Source of the DNA: Candidatus Micrarchaeota archaeon
Lineage (GTDB): Archaea > Micrarchaeota > Micrarchaeia > Anstonellales > Bilamarchaeaceae
DNA: 64,000 bases
Assembly: GCA_038046765.1 (NCBI GenBank)
Contig: JBBSVN010000004.1
Location: 1 to 64,000, forward strand
Reading direction: 5' to 3'
The stretch's first letter is position 1; every line of letters begins with the position of its first letter. Below the pieces are notes generated by a model. It searched no databases. It had not been told where the DNA came from and saw only the letters and a program-made list of their open reading frames with translations. The position numbers and the translations under genes were made by a program. Below, piece by piece: positions 1-10,800 of this stretch.

Positions 1-1690
1 TAGTTGCACTGCTATTTACTGAATTATTTGCTAAATCTGAACAACCAATTACATAAGTATGATTTGCTTCCCCAAGACTAGTTAGACTGATGTTTGTTAC
101 CGTATTATTTTGAGTTGAAGTGTTGCTAAATCTTAAAGTTCCATCAACAGTTAATGAACAATTTAATGCACCATTTGTATTATCAGTTGGAGTAAAACTA
201 AAGTTCATTGTACTTACATTGGAAATGTTGTTTGCAACAGGAAGATCTAATGTAACTGCAGGAACAGTAGTATCTACTGTGAAATTTCTTGAACCAGTCG
301 TTATAGAATTGTTAGCCATATCCAAACATACCGAATACCACGTGTGATTGCCCTGTCCTATTCCGGTTAAACTTAGGTTAGTTGCAGAGTTGTTAAGAGT
401 TGAAGTGTTACTTAGGTTTAATCCCCCGTCAACGAATATTGAACAGTTCATTGCTAGGTCTAAATTATCTGTTGCAGTGATGTTGAAATTTACTGTTGAA
501 CTACTAAACGCAGTATGATTTACTGGAGAGTTTAGAGTTACTGTTGGAGCAACGTTATCAACTGAAAAGTTCTGTGCAGATGCATTTGCTGAATTATTAG
601 CCAGGTCTGAACATGCAGTAAACCATGTATGGTTTCCTTGACCTAAACTGGTTAAACTTAGATTAGTTAAAGTATTATTTATTGTGCTAGCATTACTTGC
701 CCTAATTATACCATCTACAAATAAAGAACAATTCATAGCTCCAATTGTGTTATCTGATGGGGTAAAAGCAAAATTAACAGTAGTTATATTTGATATATTA
801 TGTGCAACCGGAGTACTTAGTGTAACCGTAGGTACAGTTGTATCTACAGTGAAATTTCTAGCTGAACTTGTTATCGAATTATTTGCAGTATCCAGACATA
901 CTGAATACCAAGTGTGATTACCTTGTGCGATGTTTGTTAAACTTAAGTTACTTGCTGTGTTGTTTATGATACTTGTATTACTTAAGTTAAGTGCTCCATC
1001 AACAAAGATTGAACAGTTCATTGCTAGTGCTAAATTATCTGTTGCAGTTATATTGAAGTTTACTGTTGAACTGCTAAAAACAGTATGTGCAACTGGAGAG
1101 TTTAATGTAACTGCCGGAGCAACAGTGTCGATTGTGAAATTAGTTGCACTACTATTTACGGAATTATTTGCTAGATCTGAACAACTTGAAAACCAAGTGT
1201 GGTTACCCTGACTTAAGCTGCTTACAGAAATATTTGTAAGAGTATTATTTATCGTAGAGGTATTACTTGCCACAAGTGTTCCATCAACTGATACTGAACA
1301 GTTAAATATCGATGCAACATTGTCAGTTGGCGTAAAGAAGAAATTACCCGTTGTTGTTGTATTTGTAATATTATTTGCCACGGGAGTACTTAATGCAATT
1401 GAAGGCGCGGTTGTATCAACAGTAAAATTCCTAGCAGTTGCGTTGGCAAAGTTTATTCCATCATCACATTGAACGAACCAAGTATGATTACCTTGAGGTA
1501 TACTCGTTACAGTAATGTTAGTGGCAGAATTATTAAAGGTAGAAGAATTTGATTCATTCATTACGGCATCTACATAAATACTGCAATTTATTGAAGTGTC
1601 TACATCATCAGTAACAGTAAAGTTGAAATTTATTGTACTTGTACTAAATGCAGTATGCGCAACAGGAGAGTTTAGTGTAACTACTGGAGG
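1..1690 (-). repeat. Intragenic tandem repeats with 285-nt (95-aa) period and A/B alternation (570 nt)
   Basis: GAATT anchor at 21, 306, 591, 876, 1161; 1-45 matches 1141-1185; 271-350 matches 841-920; 441-553 matches 1011-1123. Confidence 0.85.
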
Positions 1691-4087
1691 AGCACTATCA
1701 TTTAATTGCAATAGCGCGAATAAGCTGAAACTATTGATATTACTAACACTTATAGAATTTCCAGCCGTATCTAGTGTAGTTGTAAGCTGATTCCATACTC
1801 CCGTGTGATTGTATTTCCATACTTGGAATAAATTTTCTACATACCCCGAGGTTACTTCACTTTGTTGCCAGTGCCATGCAACATTAGTAAAAGTAATGTT
1901 ACTAGTAACGTTTGTTATGTTTAGGAATTTATTTGCAAATGTTACATAATTGCTATTTGGAAGATTAACTAAGTTTGTAAGGTTAGACCAGTTAATTATA
2001 AACGCACTGTTACCATATAGGGTCATGTTAATAGAAATATTAGAATAATTTGTATAATCCCCTCTTGGACTGTCAATTATAACTCTTGAAAGATTAACAA
2101 GACGATTACTATTAACAGTGTCTTCAATTCGAATATCAAAACTATTATTGTAATAGTGGTCTCCATCTATTCTTGTGTCATTTGTGTTTAATATGTATAA
2201 TCCAATAAAGTTTCGATAAGCCGTATTATTAGTAAGGTTACTGAAGTTTGAACCTCTAGCAAATGCAATACCAGCATAACTATTATTGAATGCAGTATTA
2301 TTTGTAAAATTAATTCCAAAAGAGTAAGAAGTAAAGTTAAAACCGCTGCCGTTACTTCTTGCAGCAGTATTGTTTATGAAAGCACTATCATTTATGTCTG
2401 AATAAAATCCATTTTGGGAGCTATTAAATGCGGTATTATTAACTGCAATTACCCCGCTTCCATTTGCAAAGTAGAACCCAACAAGACCATTTGTAGCATT
2501 ATTTCCAGTTAAATTGATCTTAGTTACATTCAAAAAATAGTAACAATAGCTAACACAATTTATTACCGTGTTATTTTCAAAGAAGTTATTCGAACTGCCC
2601 CCATTTACTTGAAATCCTTGAGTGACTGGCTTTTTAACAGTATTATTATAGATTGCATTGTATTTAGCAGTTGGTCCGATGTGAAATCCAAGAACAAGAG
2701 GTGCATAGAATATATTATCTTTTACAGTATTATTTTCGCTGTTTGTGGATATACCAACAGCAGTATTTATACCAGTAAAAATTGTATTATTTGAGATGGT
2801 GTTGTTTCCAGCTCCAGCAGTTAAATTGATAGCAACACCTACTGAACCCCCGGAAATATTAGTAAAATTACTATCACGAAGCGTATTATTATAACTCGCA
2901 GAAATAACTACACCGTTTGTACCATAGCCAGACTGAAAAGCTGAACCATTAAGTCCCTGAATAGTATTGTTATTTGAGCCAGTAATCAACCGTAGATTAG
3001 AGAGTTCGGTTTGAGATGCCGTAGCGTTAATTATTTGATTGTTTGAGCTTGTTTCAAAAGAAAACCCAGCAAGATTTGCAGAATATGAACTACCCGGATT
3101 ATTACTAAGGACGGCATTACCAAATAAGGTATTATTATCAGAACTTACAAAACGATATCCATATTGACGGTTACTATCCATATAAACGCGATTGTTAGTA
3201 TAATTATTGTTGCTTGCATCAGAATAAATCCCCGAACCACCATGATTTCGAACAGTATTATTAACAAGCACATTGTAAGAAGAATTAATATGTATACCAG
3301 ACGTACTACCCAAAGTAGTCATAACGTTCGAAGTAAGATTATTTCTTGGAGAGTCTGATTTTAACCATATTGCGCCAGTACCCACTCCACTAGAAATATT
3401 GTTACCAGTGATAAGATTGTCAGTTGAATTAACTAACTTTATAGAAGCATCACCTACACTACTACCATCAGAAGTATACCTGCTATTATTCGTAATATTA
3501 TTCATACTACTGGAATTTAAGTAAATAGATATTTGAGATGCTGAGCCATGTTGTTTTGCGTCTATACTATTATTTTCAACCGTCACGTTATTTGAATTGT
3601 ACAAATATATATTATAGTAATTTTTAGTAAAACTGTTGTTGTAGATTTTACTATAGTTTGAGCTACTTAAAAGAATTCCTGATGCAAACGCGCTTGAAGT
3701 TCCATCACCACCATTAAATGACAAATTGGTTATGTTTACCCAGTTGCTAGTTACATTAAACAAAATCGTTGTAGTAGTTGGTATAGATAAATTTACATCC
3801 CTACTCTGATTACCATAAATGTTTACAGAAACGTTTACTTTAACTTGTTCACCATAAGCATACGTACTATTTTTACAGATATAAATAGTGTATCCAGTAC
3901 TCGCATTATTTACTGCTGCCTGGATTGTTGAAAAGTTCCACATTGGCCAGGTAGTAGCAAAACTACTTACACAATCTGGGCCAGAACTTCCATTAACTGC
4001 GATTAAAAGCGGGTCGAAGTCCGCATGAGTATTGCTTATTAATGCAAGCAAGGCTAACAATACGGTGAAAAGTGAAAAAGATTTCAT
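1..4087 (-). CDS. Giant secreted/surface protein (beta-helix NosD/pectin-lyase-like N-terminal half plus tandem Ig-like repeats); runs off the left window edge
   Basis: ATG at 4087 gives MKSFSLFTVLLALLALISNTHADF (signal peptide), then FSTIQAAVNNA and Asn/Thr-rich beta-helix-type repeats. Absent from the ORF track, consistent with no stop inside the window; frame not checked codon by codon. Confidence 0.8.
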   Translation of the reverse strand, partial: MKSFSLFTVLLALLALISNTHADFDPLLIAVNGSSGPDCVSSFATTWPMWNFSTIQAAVNNASTGYTIYICKNSTYAYGEQVKVNVSVNIYGNQSRDVNLSIPTTTTILFNVTSNWVNITNLSFNGGDGTSSAFASGILLSSSNYSKIYNNSFTKNYYNIYLYNSNNVTVENNSIDAKQHGSASQISIYLNSSSMNNITNNSRYTSDGSSVGDASIKLVNSTDNLITGNNISSGVGTGAIWLKSDSPRNNLTSNVMTTLGSTSGIHINSSYNVLVNNTVRNHGGSGIYSDASNNNYTNNRVYMDSNRQYGYRFVSSDNNTLFGNAVLSNNPGSSYSANLAGFSFETSSNNQIINATASQTELSNLRLITGSNNNTIQGLNGSAFQSGYGTNGVVISASYNNTLRDSNFTNISGGSVGVAINLTAGAGNNTISNNTIFTGINTAVGISTNSENNTVKDNIFYAPLVLGFHIGPTAKYNAIYNNTVKKPVTQGFQVNGGSSNNFFENNTVINCVSYCYYFLNVTKINLTGNNATNGLVGFYFANGSGVIAVNNTAFNSSQNGFYSDINDSAFINNTAARSNGSGFNFTSYSFGINFTNNTAFNNSYAGIAFARGSNFSNLTNNTAYRNFIGLYILNTNDTRIDGDHYYNNSFDIRIEDTVNSNRLVNLSRVIIDSPRGDYTNYSNISINMTLYGNSAFIINWSNLTNLVNLPNSNYVTFANKFLNITNVTSNITFTNVAWHWQQSEVTSGYVENLFQVWKYNHTGVWNQLTTTLDTAGNSISVSNINSFSLFALLQLNDSAPPVVTLNSPVAHTAFSTSTINFNFTVTDDVDTSINCSIYVDAVMNESNSSTFNNSATNITVTSIPQGNHTWFVQCDDGINFANATARNFTVDTTAPSIALSTPVANNITNTTTTGNFFFTPTDNVASIFNCSVSVDGTLVASNTSTINNTLTNISVSSLSQGNHTWFSSCSDLANNSVNSSATNFTIDTVAPAVTLNSPVAHTVFSSSTVNFNITATDNLALAMNCSIFVDGALNLSNTSIINNTASNLSLTNIAQGNHTWYSVCLDTANNSITSSARNFTVDTTVPTVTLSTPVAHNISNITTVNFAFTPSDNTIGAMNCSLFVDGIIRASNASTINNTLTNLSLTSLGQGNHTWFTACSDLANNSANASAQNFSVDNVAPTVTLNSPVNHTAFSSSTVNFNITATDNLDLAMNCSIFVDGGLNLSNTSTLNNSATNLSLTGIGQGNHTWYSVCLDMANNSITTGSRNFTVDTTVPAVTLDLPVANNISNVSTMNFSFTPTDNTNGALNCSLTVDGTLRFSNTSTQNNTVTNISLTSLGEANHTYVIGCSDLANNSVNSSAT

Positions 4088-4139
4088 TGATAATAAATCA
4101 AGGATAATATTTATAAATACCTTCTCTGATTTTTTTGTT

Positions 4140-7100
4140 TTATCCTCCAACTAGTTTAATATGCCCGTGCTCTTTTTCATAGATTTCGCCTTTTTTAAGT
4201 AATTCATTTAATACTTTTCTGGCATCAGGCTCTTCGATTCCAGCATTGACACACTCCGTAATTACCTTTTCGATTTCAGCACTATCCTCTTTCTTAAGTA
4301 TTAGTTTGATAACTTCGATTACAGTATCGACTTTCTGCATCTTGTCCCGATCAGTTTTTGATCTGCCAGTCGCAATTACATCAACATCAAAAGCGCCAGT
4401 AACCTTGTCAGTCATTACCTGCCTCATAACATAGTTCATAAGGGAAATAGAAATTTCGGCATCTTTTGCTTCAACAACATGACTTAATCGCATCTTAGAA
4501 TTTGCCTCAGCTAACCTGACTAAACCTTCTAAATAACGGGGAGTAATCGCAACACTTCCAGAATCTTTGCTTCGCTTTCTTAAATCAACATAAAATTCTT
4601 TTATCTTGTCACTGGCTGCACTAGTCATTTTAGGCAGGACATTTCTTCTAGCATATGCAATATATTTTCTTAATAAATCCCGGTCTAAAAGACGCTCTTC
4701 TTTATTTACTTCTTTACCCATGTGCGTATCTAGAATATGCTGAGCTAACTTGGAGTCTTTTTCTTCATCTAAGACGTCAACAATAGGAAAAATAAGGTCG
4801 AACCGTGACATAAGTGAGGGGGGGATATTAAACTGCTCTGCTAAATTTTTAGACTGGTCGAACCGCCCATATTTCGGATTAGCTGCTGCTAAAATTGCAG
4901 TTTTAGCTTTAAACCTTGCAACCATACCCGCCTTGGCTACGCTAATCATTCCGGCTTCCATAGCTTCGTGCAGCGATGCGCGGTCTTCATCATCAATTTT
5001 ATCAAATTCATCGATTTGTGCAGTTCCGCCACTTGCTAAAACTAAGGCACCAGCTTTAAGCGTCCACCCGCCTTCGCCTAAATCGTCCTTTTCTGCACTG
5101 ACAGTAAGTCCAGCTCCACTTACTGATTTACCACTTACGTAAATACCCTTAGGTGCAATTTCATTAACGCTTTGCAGGATTCTGCTGTTGTGAACAAATA
5201 AACCATTGGCTACAAAATTATGCGTTTCTTCTACCTGTAAATCGTAAACCCATTTTAGATCTGATTTGATTTTTTCTATTTTTATTATTTTATCCCAAAA
5301 GATATTCGCCTCGCTCATCTTTTGAAGCAAGGAAATATTTCGTATTGCAATATCATTTTGGCTATCTTTTTTGGAAGCGTGATCTAATAGCGCTCGAACA
5401 ACTTTTGTAAGTGTAGAATAAGATGGATTTCTGTCCCCTCTTTCAAAGTGCTGATAGGTAGATCTTGGAATTCCCATATCGAACTGAGTAACCCCCAAAA
5501 GTTTTCTTGTTTCTTTTAGAACGGCTTTTAAGTTCGGAACGATATCTATATTTGTATTGCAAGTTTTTGGGAGTAGCGATGCTTTTTTATTTTTAATAGA
5601 GGCAGTAAAACCAATTTGATCCATGAAAATTTTTGCATTTATACCGCATGAGATTAGTCTCCAATATTTGGTTTTTTTATGATTTTTAGCATTAGTTGCC
5701 CGAGAATATGTCTCATGCAATTGAGAAATTATTCCAAACCTCAAAAGAAGTATTTGTACTTGTTCTAGTAAATTAAAACTGGCAGATACAACAGTAATTC
5801 CTTCCTTGCTTACATGAGCTTCGCAATCATAGTAAGCCTTTAGAAATTCTTTTACAATTTCATTTGGACTTCTTAAAATTTCATTTGGAACAGATTTATG
5901 AAATGAAGTTTTTATCATTCCCATATTTTCAAGAATTCTTCCTAAATCAACAGAATGTACGTTTATGGCAAATGAACCATGCCTTTTAACTTTTAGGTAT
6001 TGAAGGCCAAAAGAAGAGACAATATTTTCAAAATCAACCAATAGTTCCTGATCAGCATTGGTAAAACTAATTTCATAAGTGGAATCTGTTTTTCTTAGAT
6101 AACTATCACCGGTGCAATAACCGACAAAGCGAGCGAATTTTTCATCGATAAAATCTGGCAATTTAATATATTTTGCATTTGTTTTTCCATGAACAACTGC
6201 TGGAAGTTTTTGTAATGAACCTTTAATGGGCAATGTCTTGGCGCTAGCTATAAAGTCTCCGATTAATAACTGCTCTGCTGATTTAGCTTTTATAAGAGAC
6301 TCTTCTGAGGTAAAAAAAGGATGTGATGGACTTACAGTTATTTTTTTGCCAGTATATGTCTTTAGCGAGTATAAAAATTCAGGAGACTTTAGTTTCCAAA
6401 ATATATTTGCTTTACTAGATTGAACTTTTCCGTATAAACCAAGTGAAGGCAGGTCGTGATTTGAAACCCCATAATAACCCTCGCTATCTTCCCGTTTATC
6501 CTTTTGAAGAACTTGTTCGACCATTTCTTCTATTTTTTGTATTGAGCCATCAGCTAAAACAATTTTCGTATCCCCAGTTACACACTTAGCCAAACCTGGA
6601 TCACCAATAAGTAACACATGAATATCATCTCTTATAGGAAGACCCCCTTGCATTTTCTTTCCCCGTGTTCCTCCAAAAAGTTGCAGCGACATTGCATGCT
6701 TAACTTCCTTGTGACCATAGATTGCTGGCGCAACGGATTCGATAATAAGATGATCAATGTTCGTATCTCTTGAAAGCTCTAGGATTCGTCTTTCTTCTTC
6801 TTTTGAAATATCTATTTCTTCAAATTCCCTTTTCATGCTTTTTACATGATTTACTTCGATATACCTAGCATACACCATTTCTTGTTTTTGCTTGGATTTA
6901 ATTGGAGGTCTTATTCTAAGTATGCCAACAACTTCGACATTTTCACCAGGAGAAATTGAATTAACAAGGTCATCTTCCATCCATAATTCGATCCTTGCCC
7001 CAGGCGCCCCACCAGTAACCCGCTCTAAAAGTTCCTGTGTTTCTGCTCTTTGAATATCAGTAAATTTGCTTTCATCATCTACCTGACGAAGCGAGAATTT

Positions 7101-7595
7101 TTTACAGCTTTCACATCGCTTTGGTGGTTGCATATTTTTTGTTACAATTATTTTTATTTTGGTATCGCAAACGTCGCACAAAAATGCGGCGATCTTTACT
7201 CGATTCATTACTTCGGCTCTTTTTGTTACCACAGATTTGAAAGCAACCATCCCATTAATATTAACGGAACTTAGATTTTGGATGAGCATGTCGTCATCAG
7301 GCATATTCATAAACCGGACATTTGGATTAAACTCGTCAATTCCATCTGGAAGAACAAGTCGCATATCTTTTATGGCCTCCTGTGCCGAGGCAATAAGAAG
7401 ATCAGGTTCAATCTTTAATCGGTCAGCTAAACCATAGTCAAACTTTTCAAGTTCAAGATAGTCAACCATTAAACTTTTCTTTTTTGGATAAACTAAAAGT
7501 AGTTCTTGTATTTTTGGGAAATAAACTGACGTAAAGAAATCATGAAATGAAGAAATATATGCGGTTGTATCTATATCCTGTGTCATATTAATCAT
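4140..7595 (-). CDS. mcm: Replicative helicase MCM, intein-containing
   Basis: CDVC..CESC zinc finger, Walker A GDPGLAK|S, Walker B IDEFDK, AAANP, SRFD arginine finger; about 685 aa after intein removal. Confidence 0.97.
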   Translation of the reverse strand: MINMTQDIDTTAYISSFHDFFTSVYFPKIQELLLVYPKKKSLMVDYLELEKFDYGLADRLKIEPDLLIASAQEAIKDMRLVLPDGIDEFNPNVRFMNMPDDDMLIQNLSSVNINGMVAFKSVVTKRAEVMNRVKIAAFLCDVCDTKIKIIVTKNMQPPKRCESCKKFSLRQVDDESKFTDIQRAETQELLERVTGGAPGARIELWMEDDLVNSISPGENVEVVGILRIRPPIKSKQKQEMVYARYIEVNHVKSMKREFEEIDISKEEERRILELSRDTNIDHLIIESVAPAIYGHKEVKHAMSLQLFGGTRGKKMQGGLPIRDDIHVLLIGDPGLAKCVTGDTKIVLADGSIQKIEEMVEQVLQKDKREDSEGYYGVSNHDLPSLGLYGKVQSSKANIFWKLKSPEFLYSLKTYTGKKITVSPSHPFFTSEESLIKAKSAEQLLIGDFIASAKTLPIKGSLQKLPAVVHGKTNAKYIKLPDFIDEKFARFVGYCTGDSYLRKTDSTYEISFTNADQELLVDFENIVSSFGLQYLKVKRHGSFAINVHSVDLGRILENMGMIKTSFHKSVPNEILRSPNEIVKEFLKAYYDCEAHVSKEGITVVSASFNLLEQVQILLLRFGIISQLHETYSRATNAKNHKKTKYWRLISCGINAKIFMDQIGFTASIKNKKASLLPKTCNTNIDIVPNLKAVLKETRKLLGVTQFDMGIPRSTYQHFERGDRNPSYSTLTKVVRALLDHASKKDSQNDIAIRNISLLQKMSEANIFWDKIIKIEKIKSDLKWVYDLQVEETHNFVANGLFVHNSRILQSVNEIAPKGIYVSGKSVSGAGLTVSAEKDDLGEGGWTLKAGALVLASGGTAQIDEFDKIDDEDRASLHEAMEAGMISVAKAGMVARFKAKTAILAAANPKYGRFDQSKNLAEQFNIPPSLMSRFDLIFPIVDVLDEEKDSKLAQHILDTHMGKEVNKEERLLDRDLLRKYIAYARRNVLPKMTSAASDKIKEFYVDLRKRSKDSGSVAITPRYLEGLVRLAEANSKMRLSHVVEAKDAEISISLMNYVMRQVMTDKVTGAFDVDVIATGRSKTDRDKMQKVDTVIEVIKLILKKEDSAEIEKVITECVNAGIEEPDARKVLNELLKKGEIYEKEHGHIKLVGG
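5187..6584 (-). mobile_element. Intein (466 aa) with LAGLIDADG-type homing endonuclease and HTH-like insert, in the MCM Walker A motif
   Basis: GDPGLAK|CVTGDT ... VYDLQVEETHNFVANGLFVHN|S; FVGYCTGDS and FLKAYYDCEA blocks. Confidence 0.95.
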
Positions 7596-7711
7596 CTATG
7601 CGTTAGCAGGAGCAATGAGTTGTGGACAAATTGTTAGGTACTAAGAAAAACCAGCACATTCCGAAACAGATTGGATTAGCTTTTCTTTTTTTTAATCTGT
7701 TTCCGCAAGGC

Positions 7712-7763
7712 CGTCGGCAAGTACTTGCACTTGACGAGATAGTGAACCGCAGTTCACTAGATC
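7712..7763. repeat. Structured intergenic element, inverted copy of 61857-61909
   Basis: 7712-7737 equals the reverse complement of 61884-61909 at 24/26 positions; followed by hairpin TAGTGAAC-CGCA-GTTCACTA. Confidence 0.75.
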
Positions 7764-7869
7764 GCTTAGAAAAGCAGAAGACTAGGCCGGCTAACTTGAC
7801 TAATAATTATCAAAGGTCAAGTGGAAGTAAATATAATAACAAAACATTAATAAAATTGCGTGTTGGAAA

Positions 7870-10800
7870 TCATGCATCTTTTTCTTTCCCGCTTAAAAAG
7901 ATATGATTAAGCGCATAAAGTAAAACTATCGAAAAGATAAATATTGTGACAAGAATCATGAATATTTGAACAGAATCATATTCAGATTTAGAATCTAAAA
8001 ACTGAGCTGAATCCGGATTACTTTGATCTTTTTCGATTGCTAAACCCGTTTGATCTAGGGCGGTTTTTAGATTAGGATCATCACTGACCCTAGCCGTAGT
8101 ACCACTTGAACTTTTATCAGCACCGCTTATCTGATTTACGGATTTTTCAGATGAAGGAGCAACAACCTTATTTTGCGTAGATGTAGCTGTGTCTGTTCTT
8201 ACCGCAGGAGTATTTGAATTTGTATTCGAACTAATTGAAGGGGGTTCGCACCGGCTCGTATTAGCATTGCAAACATATTCATTGTAACCTTGGGCAGTGC
8301 AGTCATTGTTGGTCCGGCATCCCCCGTTAGTGCAGTAACCATAAGGCATTTTGCAGTATTGAACAGTGGAACATTGATTGTTTTGCCTGCATGGTAATTC
8401 CCAGCCGCTAGAAGAGGAATCAACACAAACTTCGCCGTTACAAAATAAGTCTGGCTTGCATTGATTTGCGTTACTACAAATTGAACCGACAGAACCTAGG
8501 GAAGAATTTTCAGTTTGAGAATTAGAAAAACTTTGATTATACTGGCAGATACTACTAGCATTGCAGAAATACCTTGGATAAGGAAGTTCCTGTGTTGTAC
8601 AATCGTTATTATTTCTACATCCACCACGAACGCAGTAACCATGTGCAGATAGACAATACTGTGTATTAGTACATTGATTATTCGATCGGCATGCATTACT
8701 TCCAACTGAACTTGGATCAACACATTTCTGATCAATGCATGAAAGATTTGTTTGGCAATTGTTTGCGATTGTACATGTTGCATTAACTGAACTTGGTGGC
8801 GAATTTTGCGAAGGAGATTGACCGTAAGCGCACGACCTTGTATTTGAAGAAACATTTAATGCACAATAAAAACCAAAATAACAGTCACCATCAACATTGC
8901 AATTCATTCCATTAGGATTTGGTGCTGATGAATTATATTCGCAGATGCTGCTTGCGTTGCAGAAGTATTGTGGATATGCAAACCCCGCGCCCAAAGTACA
9001 ATCATTGTTGGTTCTGCATCCCCCAGATTGACAAACTCCATCGTAGGTAAAACTCGTACCGATTCTGCAAAATTCAGTGTTTTGACATTGAGATATTGAC
9101 CTGCATACAACACGGCCATAAGTATTAGGATCAGAACATACCCTGCCTTGGTAAGATGTGATGCAGGCTAGATTTGCCTGACAGTCATTTGCATTAGAAC
9201 AACTCGCACCAATGATGCCAGGAACGACTAGAGGAGCAATCCCATTTATAGTTACAGCAAAACTCATCGATTGACCTAAATTAGAAATTCGGGAAATAGT
9301 AATACCAGAGTAACTGCCATCGCTATAATTTAGATCAAGTGTCCCGCCAAAATTTTCCCCTTTCCAAAGTGCATTGTAATCAGTCGCACTGGAACCGGTT
9401 ACATACCTGATTAATCGGATTCCTCTTCTACCCCATTCACCTTGTGTCTTCGCCCAATTACTCGCACTTACGCCAGTTGGCGCAGGTAAATTGTTGTAAA
9501 CGTTCGAATTAGTTATGATATGCCAAATTGCGATACCGCTATCAGGAAGCGTATTATCGTAAGCTGTGCCTCGTTGTATGTTTTCAATAATAAAGTATTC
9601 ACTACCACCATTACTATTTGATGGGTTTGTAATTACGTAGGGAATTGATCCAGAACCGCGCGAATTTAGAGAAAATGTCCCACTATTTGTAATTATATTA
9701 GGATTTATCCAACCTAAAATGTATCGTTCATAAGCATCAAGATAATTTAGATTGTAGGAGAAGTACATAAGCGAATATTCGCCAACAGCATAAGGATAGA
9801 AAAAAGTATAATACAGGTCTGGTAAATTCAAAAATAAATGAGATAATTCATGAGCTGCAGTTCCCGCACCAATGCTAACCGGGTTTCCAGCGTATAATTC
9901 AGCAATCGTTGTAAACCTAATTCCATTTATTATTAATGGTTGAACGCTCGGATATTCCCTACCAACAACTGGCCGATTAGTACCAAAATCCCCGTTTTGA
10001 GGTATGACCATCATTATGCCCAATTCGTTAGGTGTAAGAACGCCATCTCGATTATCATCGCATGACGCAAAATTAAAATCCCTTGATGCTTTTGTTATTG
10101 CTTCAGCATATTTTGCATTGTGACCGATTATCCAGCCGTCCCCATCAGCGTCATTAGTGTCAGGTTGGCTCCAATAATAAGACGCAGGTTTATCGGCAGT
10201 ATACCAATCAGTAGTCGCAACTTCGGAAATAGTAAAACGATTGTTTGAGACACTTGAAAAATAACCACTAACGCTATTACTTGAACCAAAGAAAATGTTT
10301 CGCACTGCTTGTTTAGTTGGAGCAGGATCAGTTGGCCTTTGTGGATCCCATAAAATTAATAGAACTCTGCCTGTTCCACTTACTTGTTGTCCGGAAGTTC
10401 TCACACTCGAAGTGCCCGAGCAACCAGAACTCCCGATTAAAAGATAGGAAATATTTTGTGTCGAATTTGTAATATTTGATAGATTAGCTAAAATAAAAAC
10501 TTCTTTATCTGTAATTTTTTCCTTTGTTTTTTCTGATGTTTTTTCTACAATTTTATCTTTGTCTTTACTATTCTTGCCATGAATAAAATCATCAATAATA
10601 GTTAATACATGTTCAATTATCGACTTTTCTTTTTTTGGAGTTTCTACAACGGCTTTCGTTTCTGTTGTTTCTTTTGCTGACATTTCTTTTTCAGTCGTTT
10701 CGTTTACAGATTTATTAGTCGAATTTACATTTATAGTTAAATCGTTATTGGCATTAAAATCATCGGAGATACTTGCATCTACATATTTTGTGCTTGAACT

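Noticed and set aside
120..3358. Six short plus-strand ORFs
   Set aside because: Antisense shadows of the repetitive minus-strand surface protein
7622..7906. 94-aa plus-strand ORF
   Set aside because: Crosses the hairpin-rich intergenic element, overlaps the protease 3' end, and has no protein-like motif
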